Below the pieces are notes generated by a model. It worked only from the letters and a program-made list of their open reading frames with translations. It was not told the DNA's origin and searched no databases. Below, one piece after another: positions 38,046 to 46,480 of a DNA stretch of 64,000 bases. Every line of letters starts with the position of its first letter. The stretch's first letter is position 1. Source of the stretch: Candidatus Eiseniibacteriota bacterium (GTDB taxonomy: Bacteria > Eisenbacteria > RBG-16-71-46 > CAVPCR01); contig CAVPCR010000004.1 of the NCBI GenBank assembly GCA_963702435.1, positions 160,001-224,000 on the forward strand. The letters run 5' to 3'. A program made the translations under genes and the position numbers.

Positions 38046-40379
38046 TCATGTCTTCTCCCTGTCCGCGGCCATCGTTGGTGCGCGCCGGCGGAGGGAGCGG
38101 CGCCAGTCGGCGAGGGCGGTGCGGGCGGTGTGGTCGGAGACACGGCGCTCGCCGATGTAGGCGGCGAAGGCGCGGCCGGTAGCGGGATGGATGCCGAGAC
38201 GCGCGATCAAGTGATCGGGGGCGAGCCCGCCGAGCTCGACGGTGCCCTGGTGGATGGCGGGGCGATGGTGGCCGGCGCAGACGGTGGTGCGGTTGGCGGG
38301 GTGGTCGGAGCCGCCGCGGCTCCTGAAGTGGAGGTGGTGATCCTCGAGGTGGGCGTGGCCGGTGCAGCCGGGGCTGGTGCAGAGGAAGCCGTCGCGGCAG
38401 AGGACGGGATGGGCGCGCTGGTGATGAGCGCGGGTCTCGGCGCTGCTGTGGGTGTCGAGGAAGTGGCAGAGGAGGAGCTCGAGGTAGACCCAGGTGGGGC
38501 GGAGCGGATCAGCCTGGCTCAGCCGGCAGCGCAGGAGCGCGGAGTGGGCGAGGTCGAGGACGTCGTGGGGGAGGAAGAAGCGGATGGTGGCGAGGCAGCG
38601 CTCCTGGGGGAGGAGGGCGAGGTCGGCAGGGAAGCCGGCGATCGCGGGAAGGCCGCGCGGGGTGGTGGGCGGGAGCGGGTAGCCGAGGGGGACGTCGGGG
38701 GGGACGGTGGTGTCGCCGGCCGCCGCGGTCGCGTCAAACGCTGTCGGGTCATGTGAAGTGGTGGAGCCGGTCCGGCGCCGGCCGCCGCGGTCGCCGCGCC
38801 CGCCCCGGCCGCCCTCGGCCGCCGCGGTCGCGTCAAACGCTGTCGGGTCATGTGAAATCTTGGTGCTGTTCGCCCCGGGGTCCTCCCTCCTTTGCGCAAA
38901 GCCCATGGCGATGAGACCGTCGGCCCACGAGGCGAGCACGCTCTCGTCGGCGCCGGGCAACGCGAACAGCCGCGCGAACTCGGTCACCCGCTCGATCTCG
39001 CGATAGGTGAGGCGGGCCGCCCAGTTCACCCACAGCTCCTCGGTGGTCTCGTGCAACAGAGGTAACAAGAGCAAAGCCGCGGTGTACGAGAGCTCGCCGG
39101 CGCGATGCGCGGCGCGCACCTCGGGGAAGCGCTCGAGGCCGTGGTGGAAGCGGACGAGCCGCTCGGCCTGGCGGAGGCCGAAGCCCAACCGCTCCTCGCA
39201 GTAGGTCGTGAAGTCGGCGAAGCCGAGCTGGGCCCACAGGAGCGCGCCGTGGAGCCGGGCGAGGCGGCGGGCGATCTCGGTCCGCAGGCGGCTCTGGTAG
39301 CGCGCGATGCGGACGAGGGTCTCCCCGAGCACCCAGGGATCGGCGGCGGGATCGATCACGCAGTCGGGCGGCAGCACGTCGGCGGGCACGGTCCACTGGA
39401 CGCGCGGGAAGCGGGCGGCCGGCGGCGCCTCCTCTTCCGGCACCGTGGGCCGCTCGCGCCGCGGCTTCTTGTGCGCCTGCGCGTTCATCGCGGCCATCAG
39501 GTCGGCGATGAGGCGCTGGCGCGCGGCGTCGGCGATCGCGGCCCCGAGCAGGTCGGGCTCCGGATCCGGTCGGTCACCGCCGGTGGCGGCGAGGTACTCG
39601 GCGAAGATGAGCTCGGCGGCCTGGCCCTGCCGCAGGTGCTCGCCCGCGGTGGCGCGGGCCACGGCGACCGTCTCCTGCCAGAGGACGCCGATGCGCGCGG
39701 GCGCGGGGATCATCATCCAGCCGCCATCGGGCGCCGGGTCCATGCCCTCGGCCGCCGCCTCTTCCGTGACTTCTTCCTTCTCCCCGCGCTCCGCCCTCGC
39801 CGTGCGCACGCGCCGCTCAAGCGCGCGGAAGGTGAGCCCCGTCGCCGCCGCGATCCAGCGCGCGCCCTCCTCAGCTGAAGTCTCCGCCGTCACCACCGCC
39901 GCCAGCTCGAGCACATGCGATGCGCTCAACCGCCCCCCGACGAACGCTTGATCGAGCACCGGGGTCGCCTCCAGCACCCGCCCGAGCCGCGCCAGTCGCC
40001 GCGCCGTCCCTTCCTCGATCCCCAGATGCTCGCGCACGAAGTCGATCGCCCGCACGTAGCCGAGCGGCCGATAGCGCTCCCCGTCCCACAAAGCGGCGAG
40101 ACCGCGCGCGAGCTCCCGCTCCGCACGCGCCTCGGCATGCACGAGCGCCCACAGCTCGCGATCGAGCGCGCGCGCTGCCCACAGCGCCGGCGCGGGCGAG
40201 AGCACCTCCCGCTGCGGGTCGCCCGCGAACTCCCCCGGCTCCCATCGCCGTTCGACCGGTCGCACGGACACGGCACCGCCCTTCCCGGCCGCGAACGCCC
40301 GCTCCCGCACGAAGCGGCAGCGCTCGCGGCACCCACGCGTCGCCCGGACCCGAGACGGGGCCAGGGCGCGCAAAAGCAC
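38046..40379 (-). CDS. HNH endonuclease with duplicated DUF222-like helical modules
   Basis: C-terminal RDGFLCTSPGC..HHLHFRSRGGSD..N..VCAGHH; two LG(Y/F)..(F/Y)..E.LG modules; start uncertain (40379 or 40271). Confidence 0.85.
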   Translation of the reverse strand: MLLRALAPSRVRATRGCRERCRFVRERAFAAGKGGAVSVRPVERRWEPGEFAGDPQREVLSPAPALWAARALDRELWALVHAEARAERELARGLAALWDGERYRPLGYVRAIDFVREHLGIEEGTARRLARLGRVLEATPVLDQAFVGGRLSASHVLELAAVVTAETSAEEGARWIAAATGLTFRALERRVRTARAERGEKEEVTEEAAAEGMDPAPDGGWMMIPAPARIGVLWQETVAVARATAGEHLRQGQAAELIFAEYLAATGGDRPDPEPDLLGAAIADAARQRLIADLMAAMNAQAHKKPRRERPTVPEEEAPPAARFPRVQWTVPADVLPPDCVIDPAADPWVLGETLVRIARYQSRLRTEIARRLARLHGALLWAQLGFADFTTYCEERLGFGLRQAERLVRFHHGLERFPEVRAAHRAGELSYTAALLLLPLLHETTEELWVNWAARLTYREIERVTEFARLFALPGADESVLASWADGLIAMGFAQRREDPGANSTKISHDPTAFDATAAAEGGRGGRGDRGGRRRTGSTTSHDPTAFDATAAAGDTTVPPDVPLGYPLPPTTPRGLPAIAGFPADLALLPQERCLATIRFFLPHDVLDLAHSALLRCRLSQADPLRPTWVYLELLLCHFLDTHSSAETRAHHQRAHPVLCRDGFLCTSPGCTGHAHLEDHHLHFRSRGGSDHPANRTTVCAGHHRPAIHQGTVELGGLAPDHLIARLGIHPATGRAFAAYIGERRVSDHTARTALADWRRSLRRRAPTMAADREKT
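38717..38856. repeat. 41-bp perfect direct repeat with 99-bp period inside the HNH gene
   Basis: CGGCCGCCGCGGTCGCGTCAAACGCTGTCGGGTCATGTGAA at 38717-38757 and 38816-38856. Confidence 0.95.
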
Positions 40380-40533
40380 GATGTCGGGGTCGATCGGGGC
40401 GGCGGGCGCGGGGTCGGAAGGGGCGCGCCGCCCGGGTTCACTTGAGCTTCGGCCTATCGGTCCAGAGGAGGAGGGGGCCGCCGCGGGAAGGTGGGCGAGG
40501 CGAGGGCGCGGCCCGAAGCTCCTCTATGGCTTG

Positions 40534-40575
40534 AACCTAGCGGGGCGGCCCGCACCTGTCAATACAAAAGTATAG
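40534..40575 (-). promoter_or_regulatory. Sigma70 promoter of the HNH gene with overlapping palindrome
   Basis: TTGACA (40562-40557)-N17-TAGGTT (40539-40534); CAATAC-AAAA-GTATAG at 40560-40575. Confidence 0.7.
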
Positions 40576-40620
40576 CCCAGGCCAACTTTTTTTCCCCGCG
40601 CCCGTCCCAGCCCCGTCCGC

Positions 40621-41106
40621 CTAGCCCTCGGCAAAGAAGCGCGTCACCTCCAGCGTGCCAAGGGCAGCGAGGGCAGCTCCCGCGCCGAGGCTCATCCAGG
40701 TCGCGGGCGCGAGGTGCGGGAGCGAACGCGTGAAGAAGTCGAGGAGTGCGGAGCCGCCGGCGAGCGGACCGAGGAGCGCAACGCCGACGATCGTGGCGGC
40801 GATGGCCCCGGCCGGGGCGAAACGCACGAGGAGTTGCGCGGGCCAGGCTGGCGCGCGCGTCACCGCGGGCCGCCGCCGTTCTGCGGCGCGGATGCGCGCG
40901 ATCACACGCGGCGCGAAGTCGGCGCTCGGAGGCGGAGCTGGATCCGCGGCGAGAGCGATATCGAGCGCGGCAGCAAGCGCTGCCTCGGCGCGACAGCGGG
41001 CACAGGTCGCCGCATGTGTATCCAGAGCTTGCCGCTCGGCCGGGGCAATGGCGCCCGATCGAGCACGGACCACGGCCTCGATGGCGGTTCGGCAGTCCAT
41101 GGTCAT
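40621..41106 (-). CDS. Zinc-binding anti-sigma factor (ZAS/zf-HC2), membrane-anchored
   Basis: HAATCARC motif; two TM segments; overlaps the sigma gene stop. Confidence 0.88.
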   Translation of the reverse strand: MTMDCRTAIEAVVRARSGAIAPAERQALDTHAATCARCRAEAALAAALDIALAADPAPPPSADFAPRVIARIRAAERRRPAVTRAPAWPAQLLVRFAPAGAIAATIVGVALLGPLAGGSALLDFFTRSLPHLAPATWMSLGAGAALAALGTLEVTRFFAEG

Positions 41107-41846
41107 CCTCTCCTCATGGCGGCAACCGGCCGACCGGGGGCGTGTGTGACCGGCACCAGTCGCGGGGCCGGCGTGACGGCGACGAGTCCCGCGCCTGTCG
41201 CCGGTTCTGTTCCCCGAGTCGTGAGGGTGCCATCCGCGACGACGAGATCGCGCAGCCGAAGTCGCGCGCGATGGAGCCAGGTCTTCACCGTGCCCATCGG
41301 CACGTCGAGAACGGCGGCGATCTCCTCGTACTGCATCTCGTCGACATAGAAGAGCGTCAACACCTGGCGATACGGGAGCGGCAGCGCAGCCACGAGCTCG
41401 GCGACGCGCGCCGACACGTCCTTCCGGGCGATGTCCTCGGCAAAGTCCGGGGGCGAGTCAGACAGCAAGGGGTGCATGGTCTCCTCGTCGTCCGCGGTGA
41501 GCGGCACCGTTTCGATGCGCCGCCCCCGCCGGCGCAGCTCCGAGCAGCATCGATTCCGCGCGATGCGATAGAGCCATGTGCGAAAGCTCGAGTCGCCGCG
41601 GAACCCGGGCAGTGCCTGATGCGCCCGGATGAAGACATCCTGCGCCAGATCCTCGCCCCCCGCGGGGCCCGTCATGCGCGCGACGAAGCGGCAGATGCCT
41701 TGCTGGTGGCGTTCCACCAGCAGGGCGAAGGCCTCATGGTCGCCTGCGGTCCGGCAGCGAGCGACGAGATCCTCGTCGGCAAGCTCGATCAGGAGGCGAC
41801 TTCTGGCCATGGCAGCGGGCTTCTTGTCGGGCATCGGTCCAAGCAT
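41103..41846 (-). CDS. ECF RNA polymerase sigma factor
   Basis: AFALLVERHQ, EDLAQDVF, FRTWLYRIARN, YEEIAAVLDVPMGTVKTWLHRAR. Confidence 0.95.
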   Translation of the reverse strand: MLGPMPDKKPAAMARSRLLIELADEDLVARCRTAGDHEAFALLVERHQQGICRFVARMTGPAGGEDLAQDVFIRAHQALPGFRGDSSFRTWLYRIARNRCCSELRRRGRRIETVPLTADDEETMHPLLSDSPPDFAEDIARKDVSARVAELVAALPLPYRQVLTLFYVDEMQYEEIAAVLDVPMGTVKTWLHRARLRLRDLVVADGTLTTRGTEPATGAGLVAVTPAPRLVPVTHAPGRPVAAMRRG

Positions 41847-41884
41847 AGGTCATTCCCTGCCGGACCAGGGTCCCGGAACGTATT

Positions 41885-41947
41885 GACGCCGGCGGGCGCG
41901 AATTGTTTCACGGCCCCCGGTGAAACAAGCGAGGCGCCTGCGGAGTC
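41885..41947. promoter_or_regulatory. Back-to-back ECF (SigW-like) promoters
   Basis: Minus strand TGAAAC-N16-CGTC; plus strand TGAAAC-N17-AGTC. Confidence 0.75.
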
Positions 41948-42002
41948 AGGACGGTCGGAGGCGATGCCCCCATGGTCTCCGCTGTGAAGGAGGGAGAGAG
42001 AT

Positions 42003-42419
42003 ATGGACGGAGATGTCATGCTGCAGCTCGGCCCGCTGGCGATGATCCTCAGTCTCTTCTGGATCGCGGTCATCGCCATGGTGCTCCGGCACCGCACGCA
42101 GGAGCGCTTGCATCGGGAACGGATGACCCTCGCCGAGAAGGGTCTGGAGATCCCGGCCGCGCTCTACCCCGGCGCCGCCAGGCCAAGTGGGGACCTGCGC
42201 ACGGCCCGCGCCTGGCTCCTCGTTCTCGGTACCGTGATGACGTTCATCGGGGCGGCCGTGATGATCACGCTCGGCGTCCAGGGAGGTCTGGCCGAGGGCA
42301 TGAACGGTGTGGCCCCGCTCGCCATCGGTCTCGGGATGCTGGTTGCGGAGAGGTTGCTCACGCGCACCCTGGTCCGATCCGCCCCTGGCAACGGCGCCCG
42401 GCCGCAGGAGACCGCGTAG
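42003..42419 (+). CDS. DUF6249-like membrane protein
   Basis: TM, then RLHRERMTLAEKG, then two TMs; divergent from the ECF sigma. Confidence 0.8.
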   Translation: MDGDVMLQLGPLAMILSLFWIAVIAMVLRHRTQERLHRERMTLAEKGLEIPAALYPGAARPSGDLRTARAWLLVLGTVMTFIGAAVMITLGVQGGLAEGMNGVAPLAIGLGMLVAERLLTRTLVRSAPGNGARPQETA

Positions 42420-42470
42420 CAGCGGCCACGCCGCCACCTGTACGGGCGCGCTTGCACTTTCCTGCGGCCC

Positions 42471-42532
42471 GGCCCGCAGGCAACGGTGGCCTGGCCCTCA
42501 GGCAACGGTGGCCTGGCCCGCAGGCAGCGGCG
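42471..42532. repeat. 22-bp intergenic tandem repeat, about 3 copies
   Basis: GGCCC(G/T)CAGGCAACGGTGGCCT. Confidence 0.85.
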
Positions 42533-42610
42533 GTCGGGCTCCCGGCAACGGCGCCCCGTCGCCAGGATGTCGCCTGGCCAACACCGGGCCGCGTCGCTAC
42601 CATCAGGCGC

Positions 42611-43408
42611 ATGAACAGCCCTGGTTCCCTCACCCGCGACACGATCATCGGCGCGCTGGTTGCGGCGCTCGAGCCGCTCCCGCACGTGCGCGCCATGTGG
42701 GAAGGCGGGTCCCCCGCCTTCCAGAGGACCGACGAGTGGTCCGATATCGATCTCTACGTCGACACCGATGATGAGTGCGTCGGCGAAGTCCTGGCCGCCG
42801 CCGCGCGCGCTCTCGAGTCCCTCGCGCCGATCGAGCGCCGGTTCGATCCGCCGCTCCCGCCCGGCGGAGGCTACCTGCAGGCGTTCTTCCACCTGCGCGG
42901 GACGAGTCCGTTCCTGCTCGTGGATCTTGCCGTCATCAAGCACTCGAGCCCGGAGAAGTTCCTCGTCCCCGAGATCCACGGCAAGGCGATCTTCCTCTTC
43001 AACAAGGGGGATCAGATCCGGATCCCGCCCCTCGACCGCGCCGCGCTCGCGCGGCGCATCCGCGAGCGCGCAACGCGTCTGCGCGCGCGCGCCGACATGT
43101 TCTGGATCTTCTTCGACAAGTTCCTCGCGCGCGGCCACGAGATCGAGGCGATCGACTTCTACAACCGGCTGATCCTCGGCTCGCTGGTCGAAGTGCTCCG
43201 CATCCGCCACTCGCCGGAGCATCATGACTTCGGCACGTATTACGCGAGCCTGGATCTGCCGCCAGCTGTCGCCAGGAGGCTCCGCGCCCTGTTCTTCGTG
43301 GGCGATGTCGCCGATCTCCGTGCGAAGCGGGACACCGCGGTAACCTGGTTTGCGGAGACGCTTGCCGCGATCGACAAGATGGGCCGCGCCGTCTCCGCGG
43401 CGGACTGA
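42611..43408 (+). CDS. Nucleotidyltransferase-domain protein (Pol beta superfamily)
   Basis: WEGGS..TDEWSDIDL (GS..DxD) plus helical C-domain. Confidence 0.82.
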   Translation: MNSPGSLTRDTIIGALVAALEPLPHVRAMWEGGSPAFQRTDEWSDIDLYVDTDDECVGEVLAAAARALESLAPIERRFDPPLPPGGGYLQAFFHLRGTSPFLLVDLAVIKHSSPEKFLVPEIHGKAIFLFNKGDQIRIPPLDRAALARRIRERATRLRARADMFWIFFDKFLARGHEIEAIDFYNRLILGSLVEVLRIRHSPEHHDFGTYYASLDLPPAVARRLRALFFVGDVADLRAKRDTAVTWFAETLAAIDKMGRAVSAAD

Positions 43409-43563
43409 AGGCGGGCGGAGCGGCATCTCGAGCAGATGATCGCCGCGGAACAAAGCGAGCGGCCTCCGCTCGCGGAGGCCGCCCCGAACTGCGCTGCTCT
43501 TGCTTTCGAGCCGTTGTCTTTCGTGCTCCGTTCGCGTTCTACCCGGTTCCGTTGACTCCGCGC

Positions 43564-44379
43564 TCACTCGCTCATGAGGTTCTTCACGCGGCCCCAGGTC
43601 GTGGGCTCGACCGCGGTCGCACCGCGGGGCAGTTCGATAACGGTGCCGTCAACCAGGGCGGCGTAGAGTCCGAACGCATTGGGCGCACCGGGCGTCAGGT
43701 AGCCCGAGGCGAAGACGACGGCCGCGCCGCCGCCGAGGCCCGATACGTCTGCCAAGAAGGAGGCGACGACCATGCCAGGCATCCCGGCCGGCGTGATGAG
43801 GAGCGTGTACATGCCCGGAGGCACCGAAAGGTAATCGGCCGAGTACTCCCTGAACGAGAGATTCTGGAAGAGAGGGCCGACGCCCGCGGCCAGGATATCC
43901 ACTTCCGGCGCGTCCGGGGCGCCATGGAAGGCGAGGAGGTCCACATTGCCGCCTGTGCCGGTCGTGCGCAGGGCAGGGAAGATCTCGAGACCGAACGCCG
44001 TGGGGATGCCCTCGGGGTTCGCGGGCAGATTCGGATCCAGCACGCCGGTGGCCATGACGACGTACTTCGCACCGGACATCAGCACAACGGGGAAGCTGGC
44101 GATGATGTCGCCGGGCCCGGTGCTGTTCCCCGGAGCGACGCCGATCGTCAGAGTCACGCCGGCGGGCAGGCTGACGAGCCCGGTCGCGGAGCGGAAAGCG
44201 AAGTCGTCAATGGCCAGGCCCTGGTCGACATAGATGTCCACCACGGCGGCCAGGGGGTCGGGTGAGTTGTGGATGACCTGGATCTGTGCGGTCTGTGCCG
44301 AGGCCGCCCCGGCGAGAACCAGAGTTCCGAGGACCGCCGCCATGGCGATACGAGCGCTGAACGTTGACCGAGTGCTCAT
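43564..44379 (-). CDS. Secreted DUF4397-domain protein with TWGRVK tail
   Basis: AGGAGG RBS; signal peptide; QVIHNSPD..VDIYV and FHGAPDAPEVDI repeats; ends VEPTTWGRVKNLMSE. Confidence 0.85.
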   Translation of the reverse strand: MSTRSTFSARIAMAAVLGTLVLAGAASAQTAQIQVIHNSPDPLAAVVDIYVDQGLAIDDFAFRSATGLVSLPAGVTLTIGVAPGNSTGPGDIIASFPVVLMSGAKYVVMATGVLDPNLPANPEGIPTAFGLEIFPALRTTGTGGNVDLLAFHGAPDAPEVDILAAGVGPLFQNLSFREYSADYLSVPPGMYTLLITPAGMPGMVVASFLADVSGLGGGAAVVFASGYLTPGAPNAFGLYAALVDGTVIELPRGATAVEPTTWGRVKNLMSE

Positions 44380-44483
44380 TGACCTGCCTCCTAGTCGATC
44401 GGTGGTTGTTGATCGTTCCCGGTGAGCGCGATTCCCAATCTCTGCGCCCCACGCCATGAGGATCGGGGCAGGTCGGTCGCGGA

Positions 44484-44516
44484 TGTAATTGTCTAGGTTA
44501 AATTTTTGTCAACCCG
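44484..44516 (-). promoter_or_regulatory. AT-rich promoter/operator upstream of the DUF4397 gene
   Basis: Minus strand GGGTTGACAAAAATTTAACCTAGACAATTACA. Confidence 0.5.
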
Positions 44517-44789
44517 CACGGGACTCCAGGGCGCTGTCCTGGACAGCCCGTTCTCGCGCCGGCACCGTGGGGCCGGATCGTGTGCCGATGGCGCGGGTTC
44601 TCGCATCCCGTCGCGGGCGCTGCTCCTGCTTCCGGTGCCGCGGCGGGTCGAGACCTTGCCCGTGACTGCCGGTTGCCCGAAGATGCGGTCGTCAGGTGCT
44701 CGAGACGCGCAGATGGGATGGCGGCGCCGCGCCGGCGCGTGCGGAAGGCGCAAGGCGGAAGGCGCAAGGCAAGAAGAAGCGGAGGCTCG

Positions 44790-46022
44790 TTGCAGAAGGT
44801 CATTCTCTTCTCGTTTCTTCTCATCATCGGGCTCGTCGGCTCGCAGATCCTGCCTGCCCTCGCCGGGCCGCACGCCGCGTGGATGGCGGAGGCGATCAGC
44901 GTGCTCACGCTCATCGCTCTCGCCTTCATCATGATCCACGTCGGCTACGAGTTCGAGATCGACAAGAAGAACACGGGTCAGTACGCGTGGGACTACGTCG
45001 TGGCGATGACGGCCGCCGCTTTCCCCTGGATCCTCGTCACCTTCTACTTCGTGTTCGTGATGCTGCCGGCAGAGGCATGGGGGCAGTTCGAGGCGTGGAA
45101 GGAGACGCTGCTCGCCGGCCGCTTCGCTGCGCCGACCTCGGCCGGGGTCCTCTTCTCGATGCTCGCCGCGGCGGGCCTCAGCGCGACGTGGATGTTCAAG
45201 AAAGCGCGCGTCCTCGCCATCTTCGACGACCTCGACACCGTGCTGTTGATGATTCCTCTCAAGATGATGATCGTCGGGCCCGCCTGGCAGCTCGCGGCCG
45301 TCGTGGTCTTCATGTTCGTTCTCCTCTGGCTCGCCTGGCGCTATCTCCATCAGTGGGCGATTCCGGTCACCTGGCCCTGGGTGCTCGCGTACGCGGCGGG
45401 GATCGTCGCCGCCACCGAGGCCGTCTATCTTGCGAGCAAGACGATCGACGTCCAGGTGCCGATCCACATCGAGGTCCTGCTCCCCGCGTTCGTCCTCGGT
45501 TGCCTGCTCCGGCGCCCGCAGGGCGCCGACCCGCACCGGGATGACGCCCGCCCCGGGCACCAGGAGGGCTCGGAGAGCGCCGGCGAGCAGCGCGTGGCGA
45601 CGATCATCTCGGCCGCGTTCATGGTGCTCGTCGGGCTCTCGATGCCTGCGATCTTCGCCGCGCCGGCGGCGAAGGCCGGGGCAGTGCTCGCGACCACGGT
45701 CACGGCCGCCCAGCCGGCGCTCGGGATGGCGGCCATCCTCTGGCACGTCCTGGCCGTCACCCTTCTCTCCAACCTCGGCAAGATGTTCCCGGCCTTCGTC
45801 TATCGACGGGAGGCGCACTGGCGGGAGCGCCTCGCCGTGGCCATTGGCATGTGGCCGCGCGGCGAGGTGGGCGCGGGCATTCTCGTCATCAGCCTGGGCT
45901 ACGGCCTCGGCGGACCGATCGTGACCGTGGCCATCCTGAGCCTGGCCCTGAACCTGCTCCTGACCGGGCTCTTCATCTGGATCGTCCAGCGATTGCTGAA
46001 CGGTGTGTCCGTGACCCGGTGA
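44790..46022 (+). CDS. Cation:proton antiporter family membrane protein
   Basis: GGAGG then TTG start; about 12 TM; APTSAG, LAIFDDLD, GMWPRGEVG. Confidence 0.85.
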   Translation: MQKVILFSFLLIIGLVGSQILPALAGPHAAWMAEAISVLTLIALAFIMIHVGYEFEIDKKNTGQYAWDYVVAMTAAAFPWILVTFYFVFVMLPAEAWGQFEAWKETLLAGRFAAPTSAGVLFSMLAAAGLSATWMFKKARVLAIFDDLDTVLLMIPLKMMIVGPAWQLAAVVVFMFVLLWLAWRYLHQWAIPVTWPWVLAYAAGIVAATEAVYLASKTIDVQVPIHIEVLLPAFVLGCLLRRPQGADPHRDDARPGHQEGSESAGEQRVATIISAAFMVLVGLSMPAIFAAPAAKAGAVLATTVTAAQPALGMAAILWHVLAVTLLSNLGKMFPAFVYRREAHWRERLAVAIGMWPRGEVGAGILVISLGYGLGGPIVTVAILSLALNLLLTGLFIWIVQRLLNGVSVTR

Positions 46023-46031
46023 TGACCGGTG

Positions 46032-46463
46032 ATGGCCGATCCGGCGATGGAGAACCGCGAGCCGCTCATCGATGAGGCGGAGTTCAGGCGGCGGCTCACC
46101 GCCCTGTGCGCGAGCGGAGTCGGTCCCGGCCTGCCGCGCAAGCGCCGCGACACGCACATCCTGCTCCGGAGCATGGCCATGAGCTTCGATCCCGCCGGCC
46201 GCTACACCGAGCGCGCGGTCGGGGAGGTGCTCAAGCACTGGCTCGAACTCGCCGGGCCGCGCGTCGAGCTGGACCATGTGAGCCTCCGGCGCAGCCTGGT
46301 CGACGAGGGGTACCTCGTGCGCGATCCGGCCGGGGCCGCCTACGAGGTCCGCCGGAGCGGCCGTGCCGGCATCCTGTTCGCGGCTGCGGTGGATCTCCTG
46401 GATGTGGCCCAGATCCTCCGTTCGCTGCATGGCGATGCCGGTTCCTGTAACCGGCTCCTGTAA
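46032..46463 (+). CDS. DUF2087-family winged-helix-like protein
   Basis: LPRKRRD, YTERAV, DHVSLRRSLVDEGYLVRD. Confidence 0.8.
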   Translation: MADPAMENREPLIDEAEFRRRLTALCASGVGPGLPRKRRDTHILLRSMAMSFDPAGRYTERAVGEVLKHWLELAGPRVELDHVSLRRSLVDEGYLVRDPAGAAYEVRRSGRAGILFAAAVDLLDVAQILRSLHGDAGSCNRLL

Positions 46464-46480
46464 CAAGAGGTCGGAAGATC

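Noticed and set aside
38717..38856. Mini-CRISPR array
   Set aside because: Only two copies, in frame within a CDS, no cas genes, and the spacer contains a partial repeat.
44476..44503. dif (XerCD) site
   Set aside because: XerD-like arm CTAGGTTAAAT matches 9/11 but the XerC arm only about 6/11; better explained as a promoter/operator.
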